This document shows, piece after piece, positions 42,115 through 53,508 of a stretch of DNA of 64,000 nt. Positions within the stretch are counted from its first letter, which is position 1, and every line of letters starts with the position of its first letter. Both the position numbers and the translations under genes were made by a program. The stretch comes from an uncultured Chloroflexia bacterium (GTDB taxonomy: Bacteria; Chloroflexota; UBA6077; JACCZL01). Under the pieces are notes generated by a model, which worked only from the letters and a program-made list of their open reading frames with translations, was not told the origin of the DNA and did not search any database. Location of the stretch: positions 320,001-384,000 of the forward strand of contig CAVXYC010000001.1 in assembly GCA_963765765.1 (NCBI GenBank). Reading direction: 5' to 3'.

Positions 42115-42543
42115 TCAGGCTGTCGTCACACCGAGCTGCTGCTGGATGGCCGCCAGGTCGCACCAGGCTTGCTCGCGAGTGATTTTCCCGTCCCTCACCT
42201 CGAAGACGTGCAATAGGCGAAAGCTCACCGGGCCGCTCTTCCCGTCACACAGGAACGGCTTACCGTCCTTGATCTTGCCGTGCCACAGCGTTTCGTCGAT
42301 CACGAAATCGTCGCCGTAGTAGCGGCGGATTGGCGTCACGCCTTCACCTTCCACGTTGCTGAATAGCATTTCGTAGAACGACCGAATGCGATCCTTGTCC
42401 GTTGAGACGCCCATGGGTGACGGGACAACCTCATGTTCTACGGTGTCAGCCAGGCTGTCCATCACGGCGTTGACGTTGTCCGTCGCTTCGAACATGAAAT
42501 GCTCGTTGATGATCGAATCGAGCTCCGCGGTCCTAAGGCGCAC
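42115..42543 (-). CDS. SnoaL/NTF2-like protein
   Basis: FVIDETLWHG, FRLLHVFEVRDGKITRE. Confidence 0.88.
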   Translation of the reverse strand: MRLRTAELDSIINEHFMFEATDNVNAVMDSLADTVEHEVVPSPMGVSTDKDRIRSFYEMLFSNVEGEGVTPIRRYYGDDFVIDETLWHGKIKDGKPFLCDGKSGPVSFRLLHVFEVRDGKITREQAWCDLAAIQQQLGVTTA

Positions 42544-42565
42544 TACGATACCTCCGTATACTCTT

Positions 42566-42610
42566 GTCTCGTATCGAGACTTGCTGTCTCATGAGACTGA
42601 TGTGTATCAT
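42566..42610. promoter_or_regulatory. candidate TetR operators
   Basis: Repeated GAGAC/GTCTC half-sites (GTCTCGTATCGAGAC-TTGCT-GTCTCATGAGAC) between divergent genes. Confidence 0.6.
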
Positions 42611-42611
42611 A

Positions 42612-43262
42612 ATGAGCATGAATGTATCGAGTCAAGAGGATCCGCGCAAGAACCAGAAAGATCGCACGCGGGCGGCCATCGTGGACGCGGCGCTCGCGCT
42701 GATGCGGGACGGAGTGACGCCGACGGTCACCTCGGCCGCCGAAGCGGCGCGAGTCTCACGACCCACCGCCTATCGTTATTTCCCCAGCCAGGAATCGCTC
42801 ATGAGCGAGATCATGGATATGACTCCCACCACTGAGCCCGTGGAGGAGCTCATTCGCTCAATGGACGGCTCAGACGCGAAGAAACGCCTGAGCGAGCTCC
42901 TGGGCATGTTCAACGGAATCGTCGTTGCCAACGAGGGTCAGTACCGCGCGGCGCTCCGTGTCTATCTCGACACCTGGTTCGCGGCCCGAAAGGCCGGTCA
43001 GAACGCGCCCGATGTCCGCTTTGGTCGACGTGGCCGCTGGCTGGAGAGTGCCCTGGAGCCGTTGCGCGATTCGCTGTCGCCCGACCAGTGGCGTCGACTG
43101 ATCAACGCCCTCTCGCTCACCCTAGGCGCCGACAGCCTGGTCATCCTCAAAGACGTGTGCGGTCTGGACAACGACGAGGCGCTGGATGTGCTCCATTGGA
43201 CGGCCCAAACGATTTTGGATGCGGTGCTGCGTGAAGCCAGTCGGCGACCCAGCGGCGATTAA
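42612..43262 (+). CDS. TetR/AcrR family regulator
   Basis: RTRAAIVDAA, AAEAARVSRPTAYRYFPS. Confidence 0.92.
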   Translation: MSMNVSSQEDPRKNQKDRTRAAIVDAALALMRDGVTPTVTSAAEAARVSRPTAYRYFPSQESLMSEIMDMTPTTEPVEELIRSMDGSDAKKRLSELLGMFNGIVVANEGQYRAALRVYLDTWFAARKAGQNAPDVRFGRRGRWLESALEPLRDSLSPDQWRRLINALSLTLGADSLVILKDVCGLDNDEALDVLHWTAQTILDAVLREASRRPSGD

Positions 43263-43349
43263 CTGTAGGGCGTGCTGTTGTCCAACCCGCGGCATCAATA
43301 AATTTCGCGGGCCTGATTGGAACCCCGCTCTATAGACGATGAGCGTCAG

Positions 43350-44996
43350 CTAGTCACCGCCGCTACCCAGTCTCCGCAATAACGACTGTATCGCATCCCA
43401 CGCGGGGAGGCCCCGGACTTCCGATGGAAGCGCAGCAACTCGGTTTTCAAAAGCTCGGATCTCGGCTCTCAGTCCACGTTCCGTTTCAGTGAGCATGCCA
43501 TCATAGTTAGGGTCCAGTAGGTGTGCGGGGCTACTTGTGGCGGTACACAGGAGAAGATCGAGAAAGATTTCCAACTTTCTAGCCGCATTAGCGAGCGACC
43601 GATCGTCCACTTCTCCTTCTGGTGAGCTGGGTGACATGCTGACAAAATTGATATCGCCTCGCCACAGCTCCTGAACGAGCTGATCATCGTATAGCAAGAG
43701 TGCGGTTGCATATGGTCTTATCTCGGAGCTGGATGACGAAGGGGTTCGAACTGCCTTCCGCACGTCAGCCGCGATTCGATGAAAATTGTCGTCGGTCAAC
43801 GAGAAGCCGACAAAGAGCATATGGCGAGTAATTAATAAGGCCTGGACAATGCCGCGAGAGCGGCTCGTTGCTCGGAGTACCGCTGGTAATCTTCACGCGT
43901 GAGCACGATATCGTCCGGATGCTAAACACAGCCATGCATTTTGAGAAGCCACCGCTCGCCGCTTGCCGCGGCTTCATATGGCAGGACCGCGACTGGAGAT
44001 CCAAGCGCTCGGGCCGCGGACTCGAAGAGCGTGTCGTAATTCATCGTTGCCGCTTCGCGGATAGGGAGCGCAGCGAGTAGTGAGTCGGCCAGTGGGCATT
44101 GATCGGTGCGCAACTGATCGGCGATGATCTTTCCCATATCAAGGCCCTCCGCGATCAGTCGCCCCTGGATAATTCTTGCCCGGTCGATTCCAGGCAGCCG
44201 TTCGAGCGCTTTAAGCTCGTCGGCGTTCATTCCCGCATTCGTGGCGAGCGATTGAAGAAGTGTGGCCCACGTCGGAAGCCCGGCTGCGGCGCTCGTCCCC
44301 GCACCGAGAAAAAGCACGAGATTCCCTCGCGCTGCATGTGCGGCGAGCGAGTCCGCCGAATCGCGGAGCTGCTGGTCAAGGTCTGACCACGGATCGGCCG
44401 TCGCTTCAGAGCCATCACTGGCTATCTGACGACGTACAGATTGGCTCGCGGCGAGTGCGGCCGTGGTGGACGTCATCAGGACAACGTCGAAGTCCAATTC
44501 CCTGGTCTCCTCATAAAGTACTTCGAGCATCGCGCGAATCATGTCTCCTTTGATCCTGTCCGCACCTCCTTGCCCGGTACCAACTAACGGGATGCCAATC
44601 AGATGACGAACTCGGCCGAATCTAGGATCGTGGACCACGAGTCTGGTGTGAGCAGCATGAAGAAACTGTCGCAGACCGTCCGCGTACCAGGATGGCGGAG
44701 TTGATTCCACAGCACCGACATTCACAAGTAGTGGCTCCGGCTCACGCTCGGGCCAATCGGAAAATGTCGCGACTCGCGCGCCATCATTCGCCCAATCAGA
44801 AGGGAGATGAATCCGTGACACGGGGATCAGTGGGGTAGCGGGCGGTCTGGAGAGACTCCAGACGATTCAGCAGTGTGGTGGACGCGCCATTCTGCCAGCC
44901 GCGCGTTATACGGAGCGACGCATCGCACGGGAGCAGCCAGAGATCACAGGCGAGGCGCCGTAAGTCACCCTGCGCAATAAACACATGTCCCGGCAC
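43350..44996 (-). CDS. macrodomain-like + SIR2_2 fusion protein (split by frameshifts)
   Basis: VFIAQGDL and IPLVGTGQGG (macro-like); LVLFLGAGTS..GLPTW, TMNYD, KMHG, LFVGFSLTDDNF (SIR2). Confidence 0.85.
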
Positions 44997-45170
44997 ATCT
45001 TGCTCCGTGAAGGGCGTAGTCGCAATTTTACGATGGGGGAAACTGGCCTCCTTGTACTACTGCCCGCACCGTGGAGCGCGCTGGTTCCAGAGTCCCGATC
45101 TCAAGCGGCTCTAGACGCGGATGCATGGAGCATCAGAAGCATTGCGCTCAAGTCCGCTATTGGGTCGAAT

Positions 45171-45716
45171 TCAGATGTTGAAAAGGGAGAGGGCGATCCC
45201 CCCAGCCCCGGCCGCCCCGAGAACGATAATGGGATGGATCTTGCCGGTCCAGCTCAAGCCAAAGCCCAATGCTGCCAGGGCCACGCTGCCGGCGAACCCT
45301 GGCGTAACGCCAACGCCGGTTGACAGCAGTATGCCGGCGCTCACGGACAGAAGGAGGCCTGCGGAGGCCAGAGCGATGCCTTGCATGGCTCCGCGTACCC
45401 ATGGCCGGTGCAGCGAGCCTCGAATAATGGGCGCGAGCGGGAGCACCAGTAGCGGCGGAATGGTGGCGCCTAGCATGGCCAGAAATACGCCCGGCCAGCC
45501 GGCAACCATGTACCCAAGGCTTACCACGAACATGCCGGTGGGGCCTGGGCTGAGCCGGCCCACGGCCAGTGATTTGGCGATGTCTGCCTCGGTTACCCAA
45601 CCGCGAAGCTGCACCATTTCCTGGTTCAGCACCGGCAGGGCCGCCTGACCGGCGAAAGTGATCAGGCTGGACTTGAAGAAGACGGTGAACACTTCAAAGT
45701 AATAATCCCAGGGCAT
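45171..45716 (-). CDS. chrA: short-chain chromate transporter
   Basis: FFKSSLITFAG, SPGP, hydrophobic. Confidence 0.85.
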   Translation of the reverse strand: MPWDYYFEVFTVFFKSSLITFAGQAALPVLNQEMVQLRGWVTEADIAKSLAVGRLSPGPTGMFVVSLGYMVAGWPGVFLAMLGATIPPLLVLPLAPIIRGSLHRPWVRGAMQGIALASAGLLLSVSAGILLSTGVGVTPGFAGSVALAALGFGLSWTGKIHPIIVLGAAGAGGIALSLFNI

Positions 45717-46342
45717 TAGTGGATCTCGCCTGAGACGCGCTCCTGAGACCAGGCGGACATAATGGCACGAATGAACGCCGCGCCGAGCAGAATGAAGAGC
45801 ACCGGCGCCTTGACCACGCCCACCAGCACGGCCGCCACGAGAACGATGCACCAGTCCACTAGGCCCAGCTTGCCTTTCCGAGCGGTGGTGCGGCCGAAGA
45901 AGACTGCCAGCGCCAGCGTCATCCCCGCCGTGGCCGGGATGATGCCTCTCAGCATCCATTGCACAACGGGAAACTGCTCAATAACCTCCAACCCGGCGGT
46001 GAACAGACCGGTGAGTATGGCCGACGGGATGACAAATGCGGCGACGGCCACCGGAATGCCCCAGATCCCGGAGACGTGATGTCCGAGCATGCCCGCAAGC
46101 GCGACGAGATGGATGCCCGGACTTGCCTGACCAATGGCCCAGCACTCCCGAAACGTGCTGGTTGGAACCCACTTGGTTCGCTCTACCATGAGCGAACGGA
46201 TCATGTACATGGTGCTCGGTCCACCACCCAGCGATTGCGAGCCGATGGCGATCCAGGTACGCGCAAGCTTAGCGAGCGACGGTCGGTCGTCGGGGACGCT
46301 CGTGTCGCCGCGATTCCCGGTAACCGCGGACGCGTCAGTCAC
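45716..46342 (-). CDS. chrA: short-chain chromate transporter
   Basis: IGSQSLGGG, GQASPG, FVIPS; overlaps its partner gene. Confidence 0.85.
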   Translation of the reverse strand: MTDASAVTGNRGDTSVPDDRPSLAKLARTWIAIGSQSLGGGPSTMYMIRSLMVERTKWVPTSTFRECWAIGQASPGIHLVALAGMLGHHVSGIWGIPVAVAAFVIPSAILTGLFTAGLEVIEQFPVVQWMLRGIIPATAGMTLALAVFFGRTTARKGKLGLVDWCIVLVAAVLVGVVKAPVLFILLGAAFIRAIMSAWSQERVSGEIH

Positions 46343-46979
46343 GATCTATCCCGTGTTCTAGCGCCGCATCGCTCGGCACTCCGTCAGCGACGCGGAAGTT
46401 CTGATGAATGCAAGCGGCCGCCGGACCGCGTCGTTCGCTTCTGACCATTGTGCTCACAATCCCAATCAGATTCTTTCACGTGACGGCTCGGCGCATGATG
46501 CCGGGTGTGGTCGGCGGGGAAGGCGTACCACGGGGGCAACGGATCGCTCCTGGCTAGTCGCTGATCAGGATAGCGCCCAACGGCCATCCAGGTACATCGG
46601 CTCCGCACACAAAGACACGAAGTGCGAATCACTGAATGGCGAGTCTCGAGATGGCCTACGGCGTACGAGTCACTGAGAGTGATCGGTGACGAGTGGCGGT
46701 GGGCGGGAACGGAAATCAGCGATCTTGGGCCGATCGTTGAAAAGGCAGCTCCAGTTCGATTCCGTGCATCTCTTTGTCAAGTCGGACGACCGCTGCCGCC
46801 AGGTCGACCTCCAGCCAGGGCGGCGGCGCACCAAGCTGCTCCAGAGCTCATCCGTTTCGCGCGCTTCGGCCAGTAGGCCAGTCCGTGAAAGATGATAAGG
46901 ACTCACCGCCTCGGAGGTGCCTGATCAAGGCGGCTGGCACCTGTCATTCATTGCGTCGGGCGGTGATCACGACCAGGAA

Positions 46980-47026
46980 GCAGTAAGGAGGCGCTCATCC
47001 GCCGGGATCGAGCGCCTCCTTACTGC
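46980..47026. terminator. strong hairpin, possible terminator
   Basis: GCAGTAAGGAGGCGCTC ... GAGCGCCTCCTTACTGC. Confidence 0.5.
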
Positions 47027-47216
47027 TTCATAACTTCAAGCTAATGCTGTCGGAGCCGGGACCCCGCGGAAGCTTGGCGCGCTGAGCACAGCGAGTATGA
47101 CTGTTAAAGCAACACAGCTTGAAGCCGAACGTTCGAGGCGGTAGGAGTGTTCTGCGGTAGGAAGTGTTCTTTAGGAAGAGTCGCGCAGGAGCGAGCGCAG
47201 TATCAAGGGGAACGCC

Positions 47217-47691
47217 ATGAGCGCGAGCGAAGCCGGGATAAGCAGGGTGCTGACGCGTATCGACGCGCGCTGGCAGGAGCTTCAAAATTCGATCGAAGGA
47301 CTTGACGGACGCTCAGCTCGTTGAGCCCGGGACTATGGACGAATGGTCCATCCGAGACATGCTGGCGCACGTCACCACCTGGGAAGAGCAGGCGCTGGAG
47401 CATCTTCCGACGATCATCGCGGGCGGTCGCCCGCCCAAGTACGTGACCTACGGCGGAATCGATGCTTTCAACGCCATGATGACGGAGAAGAAGCGCGATC
47501 TTTCAATTCATGAAGTGAAGCGGCAGATGGCTGACACGCATCGTCGATTGGTGGACTTCGTTCGCAACGCGCCCACGGAGCATTTCAGCACCGATACACG
47601 CGCACGTCGCCGACTGCGCTGGGACACCTACGGACATTACGCACTCCACGCCAAGGCAATTCGGGAGTGGCGCAACGAGACGAACGCGTAG
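47217..47691 (+). CDS. DinB-like / ClbS-DfsB four-helix-bundle protein (frameshift ~47300)
   Basis: WSIRDMLAHVTTWE, DTYGHYALH. Confidence 0.85.
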
Positions 47692-47791
47692 CTCGCGCCT
47701 GGGGCCGCGGGCGTCCCGCCCGACCCGGTGCTCGAGTTTGTGCGGAATGTGATCGTAGGTACCGGGGTCGGGCGCCCGCGGTCCCAGGAGG

Positions 47792-48688
47792 TCAGACGCG
47801 AATCGAGCTCAAGAACTCCAACGCCAGGGAGTTGAAAATCTCAGCAGTCTCGATCTGAGGCCAATGGCCACAGCGGGGTAACAGGGTGGTGCGGCAGTTG
47901 GGGATGACCAGGCCAGCTTCAGCGGCTGCGCGGATCAGCGCGGGCGCAATGTCCGCCGGAAAGAAGTGCCGTTCGTCTCGCCCATAGATGAGATATGTGG
48001 GTGCCTGGATTTTTGCCAGACCCTCGGACCCGAAGTTGGAGCGCCCCCGAGTGACTTGCTGGAACGCATCGGCCCGCGCGCGCTCCAGCATGCCCGGCTG
48101 CTGGAGAGTCTTGAGTCGCATGGCTGCCACTTCGTCGACGGCCGGATGATTCGCATCATAGAAGAAGTCGGCGGTGGCCTTGCGGATGTGCTCTGGCCTG
48201 ACCTCGGTCTGGCTCAGCATTTCGCGCACGAACTCGAGCCGGGGTGTCTTGCCGAGCTCCGGTACGATTGTCGCCGCTTCTGTCGTATCAGCCCGTGGCT
48301 CTCCGCCTGTCAAGATTGCGCAAGCGACGCGCTCGGGCTGGTCGATCGCCGCGGCGGTAATCGTCATGGAGCCCATGGAGTTGCCGATCATGGCCGCGCG
48401 CCGAATATCAAAGTGATCCATGAAAGCGGCCAAGAATCGAACGCCGCTCACCGAGTTTCCGGACGAGGCTCCGGTTTGTCCAAACCCTGGGGCATCCGGC
48501 GCGAGCACATGGTATCCGGCGCCGGCGAGCGCATCGAAGTTGCGGTACCAGCACATGCCGGCTGAGGTTCCGTGCCCTCCGGTCTGCATCAAGATGAGCG
48601 GCGGGTCGCCAGCATCGCCGGCTTCGTGAAAGTGGACGTGCATGCTGTCGCCGTCCACCGTAATGGTGGTGAACTCATCCTGAACCAT
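47792..48688 (-). CDS. alpha/beta hydrolase, meta-cleavage-product hydrolase-like
   Basis: APDAPGFG, GNSMG, GRDE, CGHWPQ. Confidence 0.88.
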   Translation of the reverse strand: MVQDEFTTITVDGDSMHVHFHEAGDAGDPPLILMQTGGHGTSAGMCWYRNFDALAGAGYHVLAPDAPGFGQTGASSGNSVSGVRFLAAFMDHFDIRRAAMIGNSMGSMTITAAAIDQPERVACAILTGGEPRADTTEAATIVPELGKTPRLEFVREMLSQTEVRPEHIRKATADFFYDANHPAVDEVAAMRLKTLQQPGMLERARADAFQQVTRGRSNFGSEGLAKIQAPTYLIYGRDERHFFPADIAPALIRAAAEAGLVIPNCRTTLLPRCGHWPQIETAEIFNSLALEFLSSIRV

Positions 48689-48759
48689 AGTCGCTTTCTC
48701 CATACTTAGAGCGCTCCGCGGAATGGCCCAAACACGCCTCATTTAGTGCAGTGTAATGA

Positions 48760-48859
48760 CCCCTGTGGTGGTGTCGGGCGTCTCGCCCGACTGTCCTCAC
48801 ATGATCCGGAGGGCATCATCGAGAACGCTCCGGCGAGACGCCCGACACCACCACAGGGG
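48760..48859. repeat. REP-like inverted repeat
   Basis: CCCTGTGGTGGTGTCGGGCGTCTCGCC ... GGCGAGACGCCCGACACCACCACAGGG. Confidence 0.85.
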
Positions 48860-48938
48860 GAGCGCTACGCGTGCCGGCAAGATGCCCAGCGCCACCGTCC
48901 TGACCCGGGCGCGAGGCCTGCAAGACGCCGCGCCTAGC

Positions 48939-50141
48939 TTACTGCGTGGCCTGGTACGCCTTGTAGATGCCGAAGACTTTGCCCAGGAGGTCTTTGCCGC
49001 GCTCAGTGTTGGGTGAGGCATAGGACTCGAGCTTGCTGAAGTCGGGAAACTCGGCGGCGTTGAGGACGGGCACGTCCGTGCGCCGGCTGTTGCCCTGCAT
49101 AGCCTCGGCCCAGGCCATCTGCCCCTCGCGTGAGAGCAGCCAGTTGACCCAGACTTTTGAGGCGTTGGGATGCGGAGAATTCTTGAAAACACCAACGCCT
49201 CGGGCCGCCATATAGAGCGGGCCCTGCTGGAAGTCCACGTTCTTTCCAATATCCTGCTTCTGGAACTCCAGAAGGAAATTCTTGTCCACCCCCACGGCCA
49301 ACGGATAGCGGCCAGTGGAGATCCATTCAGTAGTGACGCGGACGTTCTCTTGAATCACTGGTTTTTGCTCAGTGAAGAGCTGCTTCACAAAGTCCTCGCC
49401 TTTGGCAAAGAGGAATCCAGTGAGCGAGAGGCTGCCATGCGCGGGTACAGACGGATCGTCAAACACGATCTTGCCGCGGTATTTCGGATCGAGCAGATCG
49501 TCGACGCTGTTCATCTCGCCTCGTGGAACGACGTCGCGATTGACCGAATAGCCGCCAACGACGTCCATCGCATGGACGAAGACCAACGTTTGCTTGGTCA
49601 CGTCATGGGCCCATGACTCGAATCCGCCGGCCCACTTGCTGTCGTCCATCGCGTCCGGAAGTAGGAACTGTGTTCGCAAATCGATGAACGCGCCGGTTGG
49701 CGCCAGCACGTTGATCATGTTGGACGTCGATGCGGTCATCACGTCCCAGGAGTAGACGCCGTTCTGCTGCTCCGCGATCACTTTGGGGGAGATATCACTT
49801 GGCCGAGCGCCGGTGTGCTCCACTTTGATGTCCGGGTACTTCTCCTGGAACAGCTCCACGAGACGCTTATAGTCCGTGCCCGGATGCGTGATGAGGGTCA
49901 TTTTGCCTTCTTGCTTGGCGGCGGCCAGGGTCTTGTCCCATTCAGCCTGCCAGCCGTCCTTCGCGGCGGCGGGAGCGGCCTCGGTCTTGGCAGCCGGCGT
50001 ACTCGTAGGTGCCTTGGCAGCAGCGGGAGCCTGGGTTGGGCTCGATTTACTCTCAGAGGGTGCTGATGGCGCGGGCGAGCATGCCACCACCGCTACGACG
50101 GAGAGAGCGATGGTGGCCTGAATGAGCGAGCGGATAGTCAT
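48939..50141 (-). CDS. ABC substrate-binding lipoprotein (Fe3+/thiamine-type fold)
   Basis: VVAC lipobox, AAAKQEG, DLLDPKYRGKI, PHPNASKVWVNWLLS. Confidence 0.9.
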   Translation of the reverse strand: MTIRSLIQATIALSVVAVVACSPAPSAPSESKSSPTQAPAAAKAPTSTPAAKTEAAPAAAKDGWQAEWDKTLAAAKQEGKMTLITHPGTDYKRLVELFQEKYPDIKVEHTGARPSDISPKVIAEQQNGVYSWDVMTASTSNMINVLAPTGAFIDLRTQFLLPDAMDDSKWAGGFESWAHDVTKQTLVFVHAMDVVGGYSVNRDVVPRGEMNSVDDLLDPKYRGKIVFDDPSVPAHGSLSLTGFLFAKGEDFVKQLFTEQKPVIQENVRVTTEWISTGRYPLAVGVDKNFLLEFQKQDIGKNVDFQQGPLYMAARGVGVFKNSPHPNASKVWVNWLLSREGQMAWAEAMQGNSRRTDVPVLNAAEFPDFSKLESYASPNTERGKDLLGKVFGIYKAYQATQ

Positions 50142-50210
50142 GGTCGGTGCCTCCAGAATGCTCCGGTTCATGTCCGCGCGGACGCGCCGAAGAAGAATCG
50201 GGTGTGCTCG

Positions 50211-51515
50211 CTAAGCAATGCCAGCTAGCTCGCGGTCCTCCGCGTGATACATTTGCGAGAGCAGCACATCTCGCCACGATTGTTTGTCCGGCACAATCTG
50301 CTCAATCGCGCGGATGCGATGGTAACTGTCGGTGACCCCGGGCGGATCGCCTCCTGCTTCCACCTGCCTGACCGCGTTGATCAGGATTTGGCGTGCCACG
50401 ATCACCGCCCGGTCAGCCGGGCCAAGATGCTCACGAGTCCGGTCCACGATGGTCCCCATGGTCTCTTGCATGGCTCGGTCCTGCGTGTTGATACCGGCGA
50501 TGCCCGTGAACGTCTCCGTGCGCTGCACGGCTCGATCGATTCGGAAGTTGTTGCGCGGATGGCTCATGGATCGGAACGTGCGCTGGTCCACGTGATCCGC
50601 GCCGTTGCCGTTGCCGCGTTCCAGCTTGTCTTCCTCAGTGAGCGGCTCGTCGCCAAAGCTGTAGCCCCAATTCCACACCATGGTGGTGTGGTCGTCCATT
50701 GGGACCCAGTAGTGGCCGTGAATCTGAGGAAGGTACGAATCCGGCTTGCCCGCGCCCGCCTGGAACTGTTGCGGTCGAATCTGCGTGAACGGCATCACGA
50801 AGTGGTAGCCGCGCACGTAGGTGTTTCCATCGCCCATGTCCCGCACGCCGAAATATCGGTAGCCGTAATCGGTGATGTCCACCTCGAGCGTGGGTGCCTT
50901 TCCACGCACAAACGCGGACGCCATCGGGATGCCAGGATGCTTAGAAGCAGGGTTCATCTTGCGGTGCAAGATAGGCGCGTGAGACGAGTCGATGCCGCCT
51001 TCAAGTCCTTGCAGCCAGTTGGACTCCTGGATCACTTTGGACACATGGCGATGACTCTCCGCCGCGCGGGTCCATTCAAAGCTCGGATCTGGCGGCCTGT
51101 TTTCGGGAGCTCCGAGGTATGCCCAGATGATTCCGCCCATCTCCACCGTCGGGTAAGCGGTCAGCTTCACCTTGTCTGTAAACGGCACCGGCTCGTTCAT
51201 CTGCTCGACGCAGTTGCCATCCACGTCAAACTTCCAGCCGTGGTAGACGCAACGGATGCCGTTCTCCTCATTACGCCCGAACCACAGCGAGGCCAGCCGA
51301 TGCGGGCAGGATTCCTCGACCATGCCGACGCGGCCGCTGGTATCGCGAAACGCGAGCAAATCCTCGCCGAGAAGCTTGACGCGCACTGGCTCACAATCTG
51401 GGGCGGGCAGCTCCCACGAGAGCAGCGCCGGCATCCAGTAGCGGCGCATCAACGTACCCATGGGCGTTCCGGGCCCTACGCGCGTGATGAGCTGGTTGTC
51501 CTCGCGATTCAGCAT
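50211..51515 (-). CDS. Rieske non-heme iron oxygenase, phthalate dioxygenase-like paralog
   Basis: CPHR...CVYHGWKF; EGGIDSSHAPILH; QDRAMQETMG. Confidence 0.93.
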   Translation of the reverse strand: MLNREDNQLITRVGPGTPMGTLMRRYWMPALLSWELPAPDCEPVRVKLLGEDLLAFRDTSGRVGMVEESCPHRLASLWFGRNEENGIRCVYHGWKFDVDGNCVEQMNEPVPFTDKVKLTAYPTVEMGGIIWAYLGAPENRPPDPSFEWTRAAESHRHVSKVIQESNWLQGLEGGIDSSHAPILHRKMNPASKHPGIPMASAFVRGKAPTLEVDITDYGYRYFGVRDMGDGNTYVRGYHFVMPFTQIRPQQFQAGAGKPDSYLPQIHGHYWVPMDDHTTMVWNWGYSFGDEPLTEEDKLERGNGNGADHVDQRTFRSMSHPRNNFRIDRAVQRTETFTGIAGINTQDRAMQETMGTIVDRTREHLGPADRAVIVARQILINAVRQVEAGGDPPGVTDSYHRIRAIEQIVPDKQSWRDVLLSQMYHAEDRELAGIA

Positions 51516-51869
51516 TTGTCTGCACTCCCGCCACGAATGAATGCGACGCGGCTCTTTCCGAAACCGTACGAGCGCATAGGTATGAATGTCAAAGATGTGA
51601 CGAGTTCTATGGTTATTTACAAGCGCCTCCGCGTGGAGAGGATAGGCTTCAGCATGCCTTCGTCGCGTCGGACGGAGCGTCTGAAATATCGAGGACCGAG
51701 CTGTGCGGACCCGCGGGTAGGCCGCTGAGATTGGGCAGAGCGCCGACATGCGAAATCTCGCGCGAATGCTTTGAGGCCGGTCAGGAAGGCGCTATGAAAA
51801 CACGGATTGAACCGGCCGAGCGTTGATCTGATGAAGCTGGAGGGCCGCCCATCTGGGTCGGATGACGAC

Positions 51870-52030
51870 CGCGATGACCCGGCCCTCGCCGCCAATCGCG
51901 TATCTTTCGCCAGAGCTTGCCATCCACGGTGGAGGTCTCTTCGAGCGGCTCCAGGACCGTCCCGTCGGACAGGAGCGCGATGGCGTTCGTAGCAGTGCCG
52001 GCTCCGTCACGATAGGACACCGGTAGTGTC
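51870..52030 (-). pseudogene. bacterial SH3 domain fragment
   Basis: RDGAGTATNAIALLSDGTVLE...VDGKLWRKIRD without a gene body. Confidence 0.5.
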
Positions 52031-52149
52031 GACACCTTGTCCGATTTTTCGTGAACCTAGATCTGTTTTAATCCTAGGGATCGATGCCCTTCGGGCAAGA
52101 TGCCGGACACCACCAAGACCTGCACGCCTGCCGACGCTTCTCATTCGCG

Positions 52150-53303
52150 CTAGTTCAGCGCCTCTTTGGCTATTTCGGCGGTCTTCTCCACGGCATCGAC
52201 GGATGACTGATACGTCACCAGATATTTGATGCCTGGGCTTGGGGCGAGATCAGGATGGGCTGCCGGGACGTCGGTGCGGCGGCTGTTCGTCAACGATGGC
52301 TTGGACCAGGCCTCTCCGCCCTCCTTGCTCAGGAGCCAGTGGATGAACAATTTAGCTGCGTTGGGATTGGGAGCTTTGGCGAAAAGGGAGATGTTGCTGG
52401 AGTCTGTGACGTAATTGACATTGTCAAGCTGGACCTCCTTGATGTTCTTTGCCAGCCCTTCGGAGAGGAATTCCTGGAGCACCACGTCGTAGACCGCGCC
52501 GAGGCCGATGGCGTGCGTGCCGCGCACCATAGCTTCAGTGCTCTGGCGATTATTCCGCAGCAGCAGGACGTCCTGGTCTTTGTAGAGACGCTTGATGATG
52601 GTGTCGTCATTGAGCGCGAGACGCATGACCGTGGCGGGCCACCAGCCTGCCCCCACGGCACGCGGATCCGAGGAGACGATCTTGCCCTTCCACTTCGGAT
52701 TGAGCAGGTCTTCGATCTTCGTGATCTCACCCTCTGCCACCATGTCCGTGTTGATATACAACGACTGTGAGCGATTCACGAAGGCGCGATAAATCCACTT
52801 CTTCTCGTCGTCGACGAAGCCGGCCTCGAAGCCGTCTTGCCAGATGAGTCGGCGGTGAGCGCCGAGTCGTCGATCGCCGCCCGCACCGGCGTGATGACGC
52901 CTTCCTTAATAAGCGGGATCGTTGACGGCCCAAACGTATTAGCCTGCACGTCATACGCGTAGACGCCGGACTGGTATTCCTGAACGGCTCGTGGCGTGAA
53001 CTGGCTTGAGTTGAGGTTAGTGTGATCGATGGAGATGCCAGGGTAGGCTTCCTCGAACGCGCTGATCCCGACGCGATAGCCTTCGCCAATCGTCGTGACG
53101 ACCGAAAGCTTGCCTTCGCGCTTTGCCGCGGCCACGAGCTCATCGTGCGCGCTGGAAGCGTTGCTCTTTCCGGCGCTGCCAGGACCCGTGCTAGCAGGGG
53201 ACGGAGCGCAGCCGACCACGACCGCCATGCCGGCGCTCGCAACTCCAATCGCGCGAATAAACTGACGGCGTGTCAACGTGGATGCAGATGCACGTGATGT
53301 CAT
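52150..53303 (-). CDS. Tat lipoprotein ABC substrate-binding protein (frameshift ~52845)
   Basis: TRRQF, VGC, AAAKREG, DLLNPKWKGKI, PNPNAAKLFIHWLLS. Confidence 0.9.
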
Positions 53304-53367
53304 GGGCTCCCTCTCCTTCGGTGTGCGGGCGTTCTCGATCCTTCAACTGTCCAATATGACCTCGGGT

Positions 53368-53456
53368 CACTGTCATCCTGAGTGCAGCGAAGGATCTTTC
53401 CACCGGATTCATTGACACCGGCGGGGAGATCCTTCGCTGCACTCAGGATGACAGTG
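53368..53456. repeat. GTCATCCTGAG-type palindromic repeat
   Basis: 30-bp perfect arms CACTGTCATCCTGAGTGCAGCGAAGGATCT. Confidence 0.9.
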
Positions 53457-53508
53457 CTCGGTGACGTCGGTAAGCGTTCGGCGCAGGGTTGATGCTCGTT
53501 AACGAGGA

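Noticed and set aside
46345-47000. Several short ORFs on both strands
   Set aside because: No RBS, motif or consistent codon bias; cannot support a call.
50244-51728. 494-aa ORF antisense to the Rieske oxygenase
   Set aside because: Shadow ORF expected from GC-rich codon bias; no motifs, and the opposite strand has a clear Rieske protein.
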